DNA of 64,000 nucleotides from Anaeramoeba ignava BMAN (taxonomy: Eukaryota; Protista; Anaeramoebae). The stretch is from assembly GCA_028826165.1 (NCBI GenBank), contig JAPDFW010000058.1:62001-126000 (forward strand), read 5' to 3'. Made by a program: the position numbers and the translations under genes. Position 1 is the stretch's first letter; each line of letters starts with the position of its first letter. This document shows, piece after piece, positions 63,273 through 64,000 of the stretch. The notes beneath the pieces were generated by a model. That model searched no databases. It was not told the DNA's origin and saw only the letters and a list, made by a program, of their open reading frames with translations.

Positions 63273-64000
63273 ATGTTAACTGGTAAAAATATAATTTATA
63301 AAATTAAAAATTAAAATTATAAAAAAATTAAATTAAAAAATAAATAAAAGATAAAGAAATTGAAAATGGATGGATAAAAATAATAAAAAATAATCCACCA
63401 ATTTCTCGTTATGGACAATGTTCAGGTTGTTATATGAATCAACATTTTAGTTTTGGAGGTGATGGAATTTCTGGTTATTTATCAGATTTAATTTGTTTTG
63501 ATTTTATTACTCATGAATGGAAAGAAATTGAATTAACTGGTGATATTCCTGAAAAGAGAACTGGTCATTCTGGTGTTATTGACCATCAAAATGGAATTTT
63601 TTATATTTTTGGAGGGTTTTTATCAATTTCCATATAAATATTTTTAATATTGATTTTAAATATAAATATAATTATAAATATAAATATAAATATAAATATA
63701 AATATAAATATAAATATAAATATAAATATAAATATAAATATAAATATAAATATAAATATAAATATAAATATAAATATAAATATAAATATAAATATAAATA
63801 TAAATATAAATATAAAATATAAATATAAATATAAATATAAATATAAATATAAAATAAACATAAATATAAATATAAATCTAAATATAAATCTAAATATAAA
63901 TATAAATCTAAATATAAATATAAATATAAATATAAATATAAATATAAATATAAATATAAATATATAAATATAAATATAAAATAAATATAAATATAAAAAT
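63273..64000 (+). CDS. Kelch-repeat protein, 3' partial
   Basis: ATG at 63273, intron about 63283-63350, then PPISRYGQCS...FSFGG...HEWKEIELTGDIPEKRTGHSGV...FYIFGG. The next intron starts at about 63616 and runs off the window. Confidence 0.75.
63658..64000. repeat. (ATAAAT)n intronic microsatellite
   Basis: Seen directly. Confidence 0.95.

Noticed and set aside
1-64000. tRNA, rRNA or snRNA genes
   Set aside because: No GC-containing structured non-coding segment was seen; a covariance-model search would be needed to exclude small AT-rich RNAs.

Overview
Very AT-rich, gene-dense eukaryotic (protist) DNA using the standard genetic code. It has GT-AG introns, many filled with (AAAATT)n microsatellite, and N/Q/E-rich low-complexity coding inserts. 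This style, the BTB/RCC1/Kelch/PAS expansions and the TCATTTT initiator-like motifs suggest an anaerobic metamonad such as Anaeramoeba; that is an inference and was not checked by any search. About 22 genes, in order: ankyrin-BTB-BTB (5' partial), WDR20/CreC-like WD40, USP4/11/15-type deubiquitinase, a small four-CX9C protein missing from the ORF track, a PAS protein, Sds3/BRMS1-like, SF3B4, NOB1, AIM24-like, a 17-kb tandem array of seven intronless RCC1-propeller/BTB-BTB genes, a LIM/RS protein, a Kelch protein, CNOT10, a spliced RCC1-F-box-ARF GTPase fusion, midasin (MDN1), and a 3'-partial Kelch gene. Best candidates for something new: (1) the RCC1-BTB array, with hypervariable loop positions, mosaic segment sharing and different C-terminal tails (FG-repeat, NLS-like, or none), which looks like a diversified Cullin-3 receptor repertoire; (2) the RCC1-F-box-ARF fusion with altered G3/G4 motifs; (3) the hidden CX9C gene. 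Exon models were built by hand (boundaries may be off by a few nt), and family calls come from motif recognition, not database searches.
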